This document shows positions 37,050-49,569 of a stretch of 64,000 bases of DNA, piece after piece. A model generated the notes under the pieces. That model did not search any database. It was not told the DNA's origin and was given only the letters and a program-made list of their open reading frames with translations. Position 1 is the first letter of the stretch; each line of letters begins with the position of its first letter. This DNA comes from Prorocentrum cordatum (Eukaryota). The position numbers and the translations under genes are program-made. The DNA is taken from NCBI GenBank assembly GCA_963575745.1, contig CAUYUJ010000002.1, positions 1,054,001 to 1,118,000 of the forward strand, written 5' to 3'.

Positions 37050-37665
37050 GAAAAGGGCCTGCATCCTTGAAGTATAATGTTCAGCCACGGACAGTTCTGA
37101 ATTACATACCGAGGCATGCTGATGATGGCCAACGCACCGCTTTCGTTCAAAAGGTGTAAGGAAGGAAAAGACGATGGTTGGCAATCGTCTCGGTCGGTTT
37201 CCGTATCAATGCCCCATGAGCATCACGTAAGCCAGACTCATATTCATTTTGCAAATGCCCTTGCATGTGGCCAATGGTGTCCATGGCGGTATCTGATCCA
37301 CCCAAGTACCCACTGGTTGTTCTCGCACGTCAAACCGTGGAAGGTCGGTCGTTTTGACGTAGGGCAATTGTTCCACAACGCTTTAAATGTGGAAAGTATT
37401 CGTTCTGCTGTTCATTCCATGTGTCCGAATTGTCTTGGGAGAGTTGAAATAGGAAGGTAGCCCAGTCGTTGTGCAGTTGGGTTATAGTATGACAGCCTTG
37501 ACGAAACACACGTATAAATAACGCATCGCTGCATCCTGGGCATCCTTGTTTCCAAGGTCAGCATATGATCGCTTGTCTACACTTCCTCCGGCGGGCTAAC
37601 CTTGGCTGAACTCTAACTGCGAGATTCCCCCACTTCCCCCATGCAGTTCCAACATGCCAACCTTG
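37050..37665 (-). pseudogene. Cytosine-5 methyltransferase-like domain within the Copia polyprotein
   Basis: MLELHGGSGGIS (SAM-binding motif I-like), VIL*PNC (motif IV-like), VREQPVGTW (motif VI-like) and RKPT occur in the correct order; stops are present. Confidence 0.6.
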
Positions 37666-39759
37666 TTGCGCCCATAAGAGAACGTTGGGATTCTGGAAAA
37701 GACCAAAAACATCTGCGCGTGCATCCACAGGTAGCCCCGCAAATTGCGCGACGAAGGTTTCTTCTTCAGCATCGCTCTCCGTGTCGGAGTCAATGGGGGC
37801 GTCGGTGTAGTAGGCGCTACATCCGAGACCCTTTAGGTCGTCACCGCAGTCGCCGTTGCCTTCCTCGACTACCTTGGGTGTCTTGCGTGGCCTGATGCCC
37901 GCTTCTTTGTCGGCTTTCTGCTTTTCGATTTCTTTGTTTCGGGCGTCCGTCCGCCGGTAGTGCTGTCTGTTGTTCAGTGTCGGATGAACCGAGCGTCGGG
38001 AATTCGGGGATCGAGGGGAGCACGAGGCCACGCTCAATCGAGGGGCGGGTGGGGGCGATCGTCATCCACGAACGTGACTCGCCTTGGGCGCGGTCGCTGG
38101 CCAGCTTGTAGGAGAACCGGTCCTGGCGGTTCCCAATACAATCGAGTACGAACGTGTGTCACACCATGTGGTAACGGTGCATTGAAATAATACCCGATAG
38201 GCTGATCCTGGATCTTGATGCCTTGTATAATAGTATGATCATCAACTTTCATCGTTACTCGTCTCACGACATGGTCCACTTCAGGGCCACTCTTGGGAGA
38301 CTGAACGTAAATTCAAGCTCCTTTATCCACTCGTGTGGGTGGTAAGATGTACAGCACTCGTGTGGTTTCCCTTTGTTGTTATGCAAACCAATTTGATTAA
38401 CCAGTCTCGCAGTCATGATACCCAGTGTTTTGTTACGACATTCTGCCTTCTGGTTGCCTTGGCCATGCCAGTCCAACTCATGCTCGGCAAGTTTTGCAGG
38501 TTTCCCTGCAATCTGGCACGTGCATCTCCACAGGCTAGTTGGGATGCGCGCGTAGGTAGTTGTCACCTGCAGATGCGATCCTCTTGGCAACTTACTTAAA
38601 CGGTCATATTGCATACCGAAGTGGCAGCATCGAATAGCGCGACCTGCATGTCTAGATCTTCAATCGCATCTCGCATGGGACCTCGTTTCCAGAAGTAGCC
38701 TGGTGGTCCCACAAGTACTATAGACATGCGTAGAGCCCGCGCCTTAGTTATTACATTTCGGATGCGTCGTGTGGCCCCGAGCGCTTTCCACGCATGCTAA
38801 CGCGCCAGTCAGCGGGCGTTGCCACCCATAGCAGTAGATAACCCTCCGAGAGTAAAGCGCCCAAATACTATGTACCAGTAGAGGTCATAACCTCTGTATG
38901 TGTGATACGGTCGCACATGTAAACGCGAGCTCGGAGTTCAGCGCAAGCTGTCCGCGCGTCCTCAATGACAAGTGCACGATAATGATAATGATGCGATGAG
39001 CGTTCATTTCTGCAGCGGCCACACAGCCGGGCCCGCTGCTGTCCTTGGCAGCCGCGCAGCCGGGCAGGCCAGTGCCCCTGGCGCGCACCGCCGGCGCCTG
39101 GGGAAATAATGCAGGCCCCCCCGCGCCAGACAACATAACCTCAGTATTCGGCCTGTCTAGGCAAGCGCGAGTGGCCGTGGCACGCGCCTGCCCCCGTCAC
39201 TCATTTTCAAGCAACGGGGGCGTCCAAATGCCCGTGCCACGCTGCGCTGCTGAGCCACTGCTCGAAGTGCAAAGATCGTGCTTCTCAGCGGCATTATTCC
39301 CTCCAGCAGGTGTCCCTGCCTTAGCGTCGGGCGGCGTCCACATGCTGCCCTCCTCGTAGATGGCCTGGTAGGCCTTCGCCTGCAAGTTCCACAGGGCGAA
39401 GTCCTGGTCGGCCAGTGTGGGGGCATTCCCGAAGGGCGCGCTCCTGCGATGCCAGGTCTTCAAGGTGTCATTCACCAATGACTGGATCGTGAAAGCAGAC
39501 GTCTCCGCGTTAATGGAGAAGCAGATGCCCTTGGTGTCCTGAGACATCATATGTGCATGGGCATCGCAAGTAGCGGGTGCCACCGCGCTGCTCGATGCAG
39601 GTTGCCCTGCGACTGGCTCTGCGCCAGCTGCCCCCCTGACAAGCAACAGGGCCTCTTCGCTGTGAGGATTGGCCGTGGTAGTAAACGACATCGACCCTCG
39701 ATCCTGCGTCGCGGCCCCGTGCTCGTCGACCTTGGGCGCTCAGACCCCCGAAGGCGTTT

Positions 39760-40344
39760 TCATGCAATCCAATGCTCTGGCGCCTTTTCCAGGAGGAGCT
39801 TGTACATCTCAGAGCCGGGGGTGGCCATCTTCTCCTGCCCCAGATCCAAGATCTGGATGGCCCCCACGTTGGACATGCTCCTCGTGCCCAGGATCGCAGC
39901 AATATGTCCCCCTGAAGCCTCATCCACGTTAGCTGAGTAGGTGTCCAGTCTCGGCACAGCAGGTGCCCCCGCTGGATCTCCTGTCTTCTTGCACGCAACT
40001 TTGCAGTGCAAGGCCTTGTCGCAGATAACGGCGCCATGCCCCACTCCCGACACGCAGGGCCTCTTCGTCAAATTCAGCTTCTTGGTATCGTGTCCGTGAA
40101 AGCGGGATACACGTTCGAATGTCTGTGCCGTTTTCAGACCGACGATGTGGATGTTGCTTGCAGTGTCAAGAAGAATCGCCAGCATCCCATCCGCCATGGT
40201 GGTCCCACTTTTCGCGGCCAGGGCCCATTCATGGCGTTCTACGAATATACCTGGCATCTCGGACAGTGTAGTTCCATGCTGACCCTTGCGACGCCTCTGC
40301 TCCAACACCCAATCGTTCCTCGTCAGGGGCGCGAAGACGATCAT
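39760..40344 (-). pseudogene. Retroviral-type aspartic protease region
   Basis: ILLDTASNIHIVG, then VSGVGHG and AAILG. Confidence 0.7.
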
Positions 40345-42435
40345 GTACCCGCGGGCCTCCTCCTCAGTGATGGGGTTCTAATCGAAGATCCAGGCCGTCG
40401 GGCACTCGTCGTGCATGTGTGGGTGGTGTGAAGATGAGAGCGGCATGTTCATCAACGTATCCTCATCGGCTCGCATGGCTACCTGTCCATCTGTGTTCAC
40501 CATCAACACAGTGCGTAGCATGTCACGCTCGGATATGGCACTATTGCCGCTGCGTGCGCTTGCCGGGCTTTCCGGTTTGCGCTGGCTACGCGGGCGGGTG
40601 TCTCGCCCGTGCGGAATATTTGCACGTGGTGCTTGGAACCACTGCGCACTTCTCTCGGTGGCCCGCACCATGCGTCTCAGCCACATATCATTGGCAGGCA
40701 ACGCTGCAGGCGTTGTCGTAGCAGGTGCCCTTGCGTTGCTGGCTGATTCAGCTACCAATGGCATAGGCGTATATGTAGCAGGCGCGGTCGCTGCTGTCGC
40801 CTGAACCGCATTGGATGATGAAGCAGGTTGCCCCGCAGGTGTCGTTGCGGCGGCAACTGCCGCGTTGTCCGTTATTATCGCCGTGATGCGGTTGAGCTCT
40901 TCGCGACGGTCCCTGAGCTCGTTAGCCCCATCTGAGTATCTCTTCATGACGAGTTGCTGCATTCTGATCTCCGGGGTGGACGTAGTAGGACTCAGCTACG
41001 ATGAGACCAGCGCCCCTGCAAATGGCGCAGGGGGCCTCAATTGCGGCACGTCCTAGGGCACCGGCCAGCTGTCTATCCACATGTGCGCGCGCCACTCGGC
41101 CCCAGCACTGCGCATGGAATCTGTAGCTACGCTGGGGCCTCCAGACCTTGATTGATGAAGTTGCCCAGGCATGCACATTGCACACTTGTTGAAGTCACCG
41201 TCGCGCATGACCGGTGGTGTCGCCGATGGCCTGATGCGCGTCTGGTGCTCCAGAGTGGATTCACCAACCTCGTACTGGATCGGTGGAAACGATGGCGGCT
41301 GCATGGCTGCGAGCGCCGCCAGATTGAAAACAGGCGCCCCCGCAGAAATAGGAGTAGCAGGTTGCCCCGCACGACCCGTCGGCCGGTTTGCCGTCCGCTC
41401 CTGGTTGCGGCGCTGGCGGGCCAACAGCATTGAGAGGCTGGCCTGCTGCGCCTCGTGGATGGCCAGGATCTCCTGGCGCAACTCCCCCATGGATGATGGC
41501 GCTACCAAGCCGGGGGCCAGTTGCATCGCATCGGGATCCATAGGAGTAGCCAGATAGCCGCAATGGGGAATCTGGCCCAGGATTCCTGGCGCGCACCCAG
41601 AGCCGCGCGCCAGCTGAGACTGATAGACGTCGTCGGCGGTCGCCCGAACATACGGGTTATCCGGCTGCGCTCCCACGCGAAGGTTACCCGTGACCTGAGA
41701 ATGGTAGTCAGGGAACAACGGGGCGTCCATCGGCGGCGCTGCGGGGCGCTCAGAAGCTGTCGGATCGCATGTCGGGTGGCTGAAAAACGCTGGGACATAT
41801 CCGTACCTGTTGGGTTTGTCCAGTGATGGATTTGGGTCTGGAACAAACCCCCAAGGAGGTGTCCAGCTGGCGCTAGGGAGGTCGATGCCATCCCTACGCG
41901 AACTCTGCGCGGCCTCGCGCATCTGCCGGAACATCCAGTGTTGCCGACCCACCAAACTTTCAGTCCGAGCAGGTTGCCCCGCATGTGGACGTGGCGAACG
42001 GCGATGTCGCCTGCAAGGCCTGGTAGGGCTGTGGGTCCATCCGAATGCTCTGGAGCCTCGCCTGCAGGCTGTTGGTGCTCCCAGCACTCGGTGGAGTCCC
42101 AAATGGAGTCGTAGCCCTGCTCGCAGGCGCAAGCGACGCAGGTTGCCCTGTAGGTGCTGGCAACTGTTGCGCCTGAGCACGCCGTCGTTGGGAGTATACC
42201 CGTTTGACGTCATGCCAGACACGCCCGCACTCTGGGCCTGAATCCATGACCCATCTGGTCCCCCTGCAGGTGTTCCCGCTTAGTGCCCCTCTTGCAACAG
42301 AAATGCCGCGGCGAACGACCACCGGCATGGGCGTCGGTTCGGGGCACTTCAAATTTTAGGTGGTTTTTGGAATAAGCCAACCCTTCAACGATGATGCATC
42401 ATTTCGAAATTCATATAGGTCGTCAAAGAGTAACA

Positions 42436-43241
42436 TCACGCAGATTTCTCCGCTCGTTTTCCCACATGTACAAGGGATTGAACCACATCTCCCACACGGT
42501 TGTATATACACTGGTCCGCGTTAGGCAGGATGCCTACAAGCTGGGCGATGTGGGTCGGCGGAAGTATGCCGTTCCTGCCTGCCCCCATCATAATATCACT
42601 TGCTGAGCGCCGAATAGCCTGACTATCGCGAAGTACGTTTTCCAGACTTATCATAATCAATACTTCGGAATTGACGCGCGGGCCGGACTGAATCCTGATA
42701 TCTCCCGGTAAATATGGACAGCCATGAACAAACTGTCTGCCCCATTTGTTGGCAATGCCATCGGCGCGGCATTGCAGTCCCGTGCGAAGTATATGCGGGA
42801 TTTTGGCCCATTGGGTACCATGAATAAAATAGCAAGGTGCACCTGGAGTTGTCAAGCCAGTTATCCTCATATATTGGGACCTAGGGCACTTTATCCCAGG
42901 GTTGCTATGTCCATTACTTGGGCGCAGAAAGTACGCATCGTGAGTCTCGGTAACGAACTCGCACTTCTTGACCTGGAGCCTGTGCTTCTGCATACCGGTG
43001 TTGCCAACCATGCCAAGCAAGCTCAGCACGGTCAAAGCTTGCTATGCCCAGTGGCGTTTGCTTAGGCAACGCCGGACGGTCTCCAGGTGCTTGCCACGGT
43101 ACCGCTCGCCACCCTCAGGTGGCCAGTCGTTGAGCAGCTCCGAGAGCTCCACCCGCCCATCGAACTCGCCCAAAAACGGTACTGCTGCCAGAAACCTATC
43201 AGAAATATGGTTATTACGTAGCACCCCGCAATTGCGGATAA
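42436..43241 (-). pseudogene. kptA: Tpt1/KptA RNA 2'-phosphotransferase domain inside the retrotransposon
   Basis: DGRVELSELL, KHRL, LRPSNGHS, IHGT, ILRTGL, GRQFVH, SGPRVNSEVLIMI and GILPP match the ordered Tpt1 motifs; one in-frame stop near 43042. Confidence 0.85.
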
Positions 43242-43319
43242 GAGTGAGGGGGCGGGCGCGGGCGACGCGGGCGTCGTCGAGCCGGCGGACCTCGTGGCCC
43301 CCACCTTCCCTGTCGATGG

Positions 43320-43820
<501 letters not shown>

Positions 43821-44214
43821 CCCAAGATAACTGCAACGCAATCCTTTTTTCCACTTTATGCTCCCCGCCTTCTCTGATCAAGGCAACTCGCCAGGGCAAA
43901 GTTGCTGGACGGGCTGGTGTGGATGCGCGGGGCTTGAAGAGGTCCTTGCGGGCTCAGACGGCATGCGAAAATCCGCCGCCGCGCTTGTGCGGCATTGGTT
44001 TGTTCTGAATTGGTTCTGAATTCAGTTTGTACCCTGAACGTGGTCGCGGTGGTTGCAAAAGATGGTTTGTACCCTGAACATGGTTTGGGTCGCGGGTTGG
44101 TCGCGAGTTGGTCACGGGGTGGGTCGCGGGCTCTCCACCTGGAAGGAATGCAAAAAAAAACCCGCCGCAGGCGCCGAAAATGGTGGTTTGTACCTTCAAC
44201 GTGGTTTGGGTCGA

Positions 44215-44563
44215 AGGTGGGTCGCGGGTGGGTCGCGGGGAGGGTCGCGGGGTGGGTCGCGGGTGGGTCGCGGGTGGGTCGCGGGTGGGTCGCGCGGGGT
44301 GGGTCGCGGGGTGGGTCGCGGGTGGGTCGCGGGGGGTCGGGGTGGGTCGCGGGTGGGTCGCGGGTGGGTCGCGGGTGGGTCGCGGGGGTCGCGGGGGGGG
44401 TCGCGGGTGGGTCGCGGGGTGGGTCGCGGGGCGGGTTGCGGGTGGGACGACGACAACAACAACAACAACAACAACACAACAACAACAACAACAGCAGCAA
44501 CAACAACACCAACACCAACACCAACACCAACAACAACAACAAACAACAACAACAACAACAACA

Positions 44564-44658
<95 letters not shown>

Positions 44659-44660
44659 CG
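44215..44660. repeat. (GGGTCGCGGGT)n minisatellite followed by (AAC)n
   Basis: Read directly from the sequence. Confidence 0.92.
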
Positions 44661-44914
44661 CAAGGACACTCTCTCAGGCCACCCCGGCGGGGCCCGTGGG
44701 TGTGTCCTCGCCCCCGGGGCGAGCGCACTGCCCCAGGCCACACGTTGCAGTTGTTGCCCTGGGGGGGGGGGGAGCAACGCGCAACACCTCTGTCATACGC
44801 TAACGTAGATCTATATATGTTTCCGAATCTCCGTTGGCTCCCTTACTGTTCCCCACGCACTCCTGTGTCCGAAAACCGACCACGCGCCAGCGAGGCCAGC
44901 TCCTCCTCCTCATA

Positions 44915-46295
44915 GGACTCCTATGGAATCGCGCGGGACCCTGTAAGGATCCTGTAGGATCCCTATAGGACTCCTATGGAATCCTGCCGGACCCTGTAAG
45001 GATCCTATAGGATCTCTCTAGGGTTCCTATGGAAACGTGCAGGACCGTGTAAGGATCCTATAGGATCCCTCCAGGGTTCCTATGGAATCGTGCAGGACCC
45101 TGTTAGGATCCTATAAGATCCCTATAAGGTTCCGATGGAATCGTGCAGGACCCTGTAAGGATTCTATACGATCCCTATAGGGTTCCTATGGAGTCGTGCA
45201 GGACCCTGTAAGGATCCTAGAGGACCCTCTACGGTTCCTATGGAATCGTGCAGGACCCTGTAAGGATCCTATATGATCCCTCTAGGGTTTCCATGGAATC
45301 GTGCAAGACCCTGTAAGGATCCTATGGGATCCCTCTAGGGTTCCGATGGAATCGTGCAGGACCCTGTAAGGATCCTATAGGTTCCTCCTCTATAGGACTC
45401 CGATGGAATCCCTCTAGGGTTCCAATGGAATCGTGCAGGACCCTGTAGGGTTCTATAGGATCCCTATAGGATTCCTATGGAGCCGTGCAGGACCCTGTAA
45501 GGATCCTATAGGATCCCTATAGGGTTCCTATGGAATCGTGCAGGCTCCTGTAAGGATCCTATAATATCCCTATAGGGTTCCGATTGAATCCTGCAGGGTC
45601 CTGTGGCGATCATATAGGACCCTTATGAAGGTTCCGATGGGATCGTGCAGGACCCTGTAAGGATCCGATAAGATCCCTATAAGGTTCCTATAGAATCGTG
45701 CAGGACCCTGTAAGGATCCTATAGGATCCCTCCAGGGTTCCTATGGAATCGTGCAGGACCCTGTAAGGATCCAATAGGATCCCTCTAGGGTTCTTATGGA
45801 ATCGTGCAGGGCCCTGTCAGGATCCTATAAGATCCCTCTAGGGTTCCTATGGAAACCTGTTGGCCTTGTAAGGATCCTATAGGATCCCTCTAGGGTTCCT
45901 GTGGAATCGCGCAAGACCCTGTAGGGATCCTATGGGATCCCTCTAGGGTTCCGATGGAATCGTGCAGGACCCTGTAAGGATCCTATGGGATCCCTCTGCG
46001 GTTCCGATGGAATCGTGCAGGACTCTGTAAGGATCCTATGGGATCCCTATAGGTTGTTCCTATGGAACCGTGCAGGACCCTGTGAGGATCCTATAGGTTC
46101 CTCCTTATAGGACCCCGATGGAATCGTGCAGAAGGATGCTATAGGTTCCTCCTTATAGGTCTCCGATGGAGTCGTGCAGGACCCTGTAAGGATCCTATAG
46201 GATCCCTATAGCATTCCGATGGAACCGTGCAGGGCCCTGTAAGGATCCTAAGAGGCTCCCTCTAAGTCTCCGATGGAATCGCGCAGGACCCTGCA
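44915..46295. repeat. Tandem satellite, about 53-bp unit, about 26 copies
   Basis: Consensus GGAATCGTGCAGGACCCTGTAAGGATCCTATAGGATCCCTMTAGGGTTCCTAT; units start near 44921, 44974 and 45027. Confidence 0.93.
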
Positions 46296-47989
46296 GAGGG
46301 GTGCGCCAAAATGATCCTCGAGAGGGGTGTGCCATAATGAAGCCTCTGAGGAGCTCTCTGTGGAGCCAGGGCCACGATCCTCGAGAGGGGTGTGCCGAAA
46401 TAAAGCATCGGTGGAGCTCCCTGTGGGGCCAGGGCCACGATCCGTGAGAGGGGCGCGCCGAAATCAAACTTCGGTGGGGCTCCCTGTGGGGTCAGGGCCA
46501 CGATCCTCGAGAGGGGTGTGCCGGAATGGAGCCTCGGTGGAGCCTCCTGCGGGGCCAGGGCCACGATCCGTGAGAGGGGTGCGCCGAAACCAAGCTTCGG
46601 TGGAGCTCACTGAGCCACGATCCTCGAGAGGGGTGTGCCCAAATCAAACCTCGGTGGAGCTCCCTGTGGGGCCAGGGCCACGATCCGTGAAAGGGGTGCG
46701 CCCTTTGGGGCCTGTATGGGGCACCGCAGCAGTCCCGAAGGACCTGCCGAGCAACGCCGCCGGGCCCTGCAGACCCCCGCGGCGGCCTGGCGAGGCCTCG
46801 TGGCGTTGCTCGGACCAGGGGCCCTGCAGGGCCCGCGCGTGGCCCCGTGGCGTTGCTCGGGGGGGGGGGGGGGGGGGCGAGCAATGGGCCTCCAGTAGTG
46901 TCCTCGCGAACAACAGCAACACACAAACAAACAAACAAACAAACAAACAAACAAACAAACAAACAAACAAACAAACAAACAACAACAACGATAATCTGCA
47001 CCGCGGAATTCCACTTCAGCCACGCACCCAGGGACAGTGAATAACCGCTCGGCCCCCTCACTCTGATGAAAGGGTTTGTGACGAGTAGCTGTAGTGAGCC
47101 ACTCTGAACATCGGCGCTGCTCATCGAAGTTCGGGCTTGGTCCAACAATTCTCAATTCCCTGAGGATCTCCCGCAGGTAGTTCTTTTCGGGCTGGAAGCT
47201 GAGAGCAACGTATCCACGTAGGAGATTGCGTGCAACCTGACGTGTGCGAGCGGCCTTATCCGCAATGGCGGCAGTATCCTTGATGTTGCACTTCACCACG
47301 ATAAATCGATCAGACCCGTCGTCGATGTGAGGAGGATACGCCGGGTTGATCTTCGCGCGGTGGGCGGTGCACATACATTCCCAAGACTGCCTGCAATCCA
47401 CAGGCATTTCGAGAGTGGGAGCAGGTTGCCCCGCGGAGCTCGGATCTGGCTCATCAGACCTTCTTGCTGACTGGGCTGCTGCAGGCGCTGCTGATGCGCG
47501 AGCGCCTGGAGATGATGAATCAGCGCCTGCAGATCCCCTGAGAGTTCGAGGGGCGCGAATGTGGAAGTCCAGGCGCTTATTTCCACTGCTGTCGTAGAAC
47601 TCGCATGCGTTGTCCTTGGGGGCTGCCCCTGGCGCCTTCGACGCAGTTGCCAATGCCTTCTGCTTGGGGCAATGCTTTGGCGACGAAGCATCACGCGATG
47701 ATCCCTCCAGCGTTGGCGCCCAGCCTGTCCTGTGCGCCCGGCCAGGTGCAGGGCCGCGACGAGCCACGGGCCCCCTTGGAGTAGGGGCGCTGGCGCCCTG
47801 AAATGCAGCTGCCGCGGCGGCCGCTGCTGGACCTCTGGATCGACGTCGGTCCGCAGGCTGCCCCGCAGATCGCTGCTGGTTGCTGCTGCCAGGATTGGGG
47901 TCCTGGGCTGTCTCTCTTCTTCTGGTTAGGCGGCGGCGCAAGCTGATCAGGTCCGAGCGACTTAGGCTGGCCCGAAGAATCCGAAGATG

Positions 47990-47997
47990 GATGTATA

Positions 47998-48041
<44 letters not shown>
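47990..48041. repeat. (TA)n microsatellite interrupting the retrotransposon ORF
   Basis: Read directly from the sequence. Confidence 0.95.
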
Positions 48042-48043
<2 letters not shown>

Positions 48044-49569
48044 TTGTTCTGTCTTTGGTGCACGAAGAAGTGCCTGTGGCTCTGCCCCTGCGGGTATGCA
48101 TGGCCTATAAGATACAAGCCCTCTGTCAGGATTAAGCTCCCCACTATCTGGTCTTCCGAGCGCCATATTCCTGATGGTAGCCTTGCCCCTTAACAGTCAG
48201 GTCATACGTGTCAGCGCCAATCCGTCTTACAATCGCGGTTTTAATCCAGCCTGCAGTTCCAGCATGATGGGCGACAACTCTTTCTGGGGATTAATCCATG
48301 TCTTCCGTGCCTGCGTCAGCAGGGTCAATGATGGCGTCCGCCACGCGGGCGACGTCCGCGAGCGCGGAGAGGGCGTCGGGGCATCCCGAAGCACATCCTG
48401 GAGGGGATTCCGCTGTGGGGCCCGCTGCTTCGGCCAAGTCTTCAGCTTCATCACCTTCTGGCTGGTCGTCTTCTTCTTGCTGAGACGAAACAAGTTTCCC
48501 CGCGCGCCGCTCGCGATTGAATGCCTCTCTCCCATGTAGCCTTGGCACGGGCTATTTCATGATCTGCAGCTGCCTTGTAACTCAGGTGCGTCAGCTGCTC
48601 TCTGGGTGGAGTTTTGTTCGGATCGGTGAAACGCACCCGACCGTCGCCGTCGGACCAGACCCATTGTGTCTTTCGGAAGTTGGGGCTCCTTGAGGAGCGC
48701 CCCGCGGGGCGGCCGGGTCTGCGGTCGGCGCGCGCGAAGCAAGTGCAAACAACATGTCGGTGAAGCTCCCCTTCTTCGATGGCGGCCCTCTTCGTGTCCC
48801 GCTTTACAAGGGCGTCTTGTGATCTGACGTCCCCTGTCCTCTTTAAATGACTTTGCCTTCGTCATTTCGCCCGACATTGCGAAGGGAGTGCCAGTGGCGG
48901 ATATGGCTTTCAATCCAACCTTGGTCGTGGTACCATTGCGTCGCATCCGGGGGTCTGCGCTGGCGAGCCAATCCGGCAGTCCGGTAGCTGACAGGGCGCT
49001 CTAGCTCGCCGCCTGGATATTCTTCTGGAGGACATTGCCTCTGAAGAGGGTGCCCCCGCAAGCGCCGCTTCCTCGGTGGAGCGCCAGGCGCACTGCCCCT
49101 CCTTGGCGGAGTCTTCGGGGCCCTCGTATCAGGAAGGCGAGGGCGCTGGAGGCCGCTGGGGCGAACGCCGCTGGAGCGCGCGCGCGAGTGTCCGCGCGGA
49201 TAACTGCGGGACCGACCGCTACGTAGCACGCGCGGGTCAACTTCCCACTTTTCGTCATCGTCGCCCGAGCGGTCCGCGCGTCTCAAGGCCCGACGGCTCG
49301 CCGGTCGCTCCTGGCGGCTCGGGAGACGCCCCGCGGCTGTAAATGTATATTGAATTCCGTCGTCGTGGCCGAACTCGCGCTGGATGCGCTCCGAGCATCT
49401 CGCGGGTATCCCCGCAGAGGGTCCTCATCGTGCACTTCCATGTTCATCGGATTTCCACTTGCCTGAGGAACAGGCATCAATTGTATTTCCTCGTCTGTCG
49501 CAGGAATTGCGGCTTCTTAAACCGCGGGCGCCCCCGCCATTCTTTGATCTGCTTCGGCGGGCATGTAGA

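Noticed and set aside
44915..46295. CRISPR-like regular repeat array
   Set aside because: Units are contiguous with no unique spacers, there are no cas genes, and the context is eukaryotic; it is a satellite.
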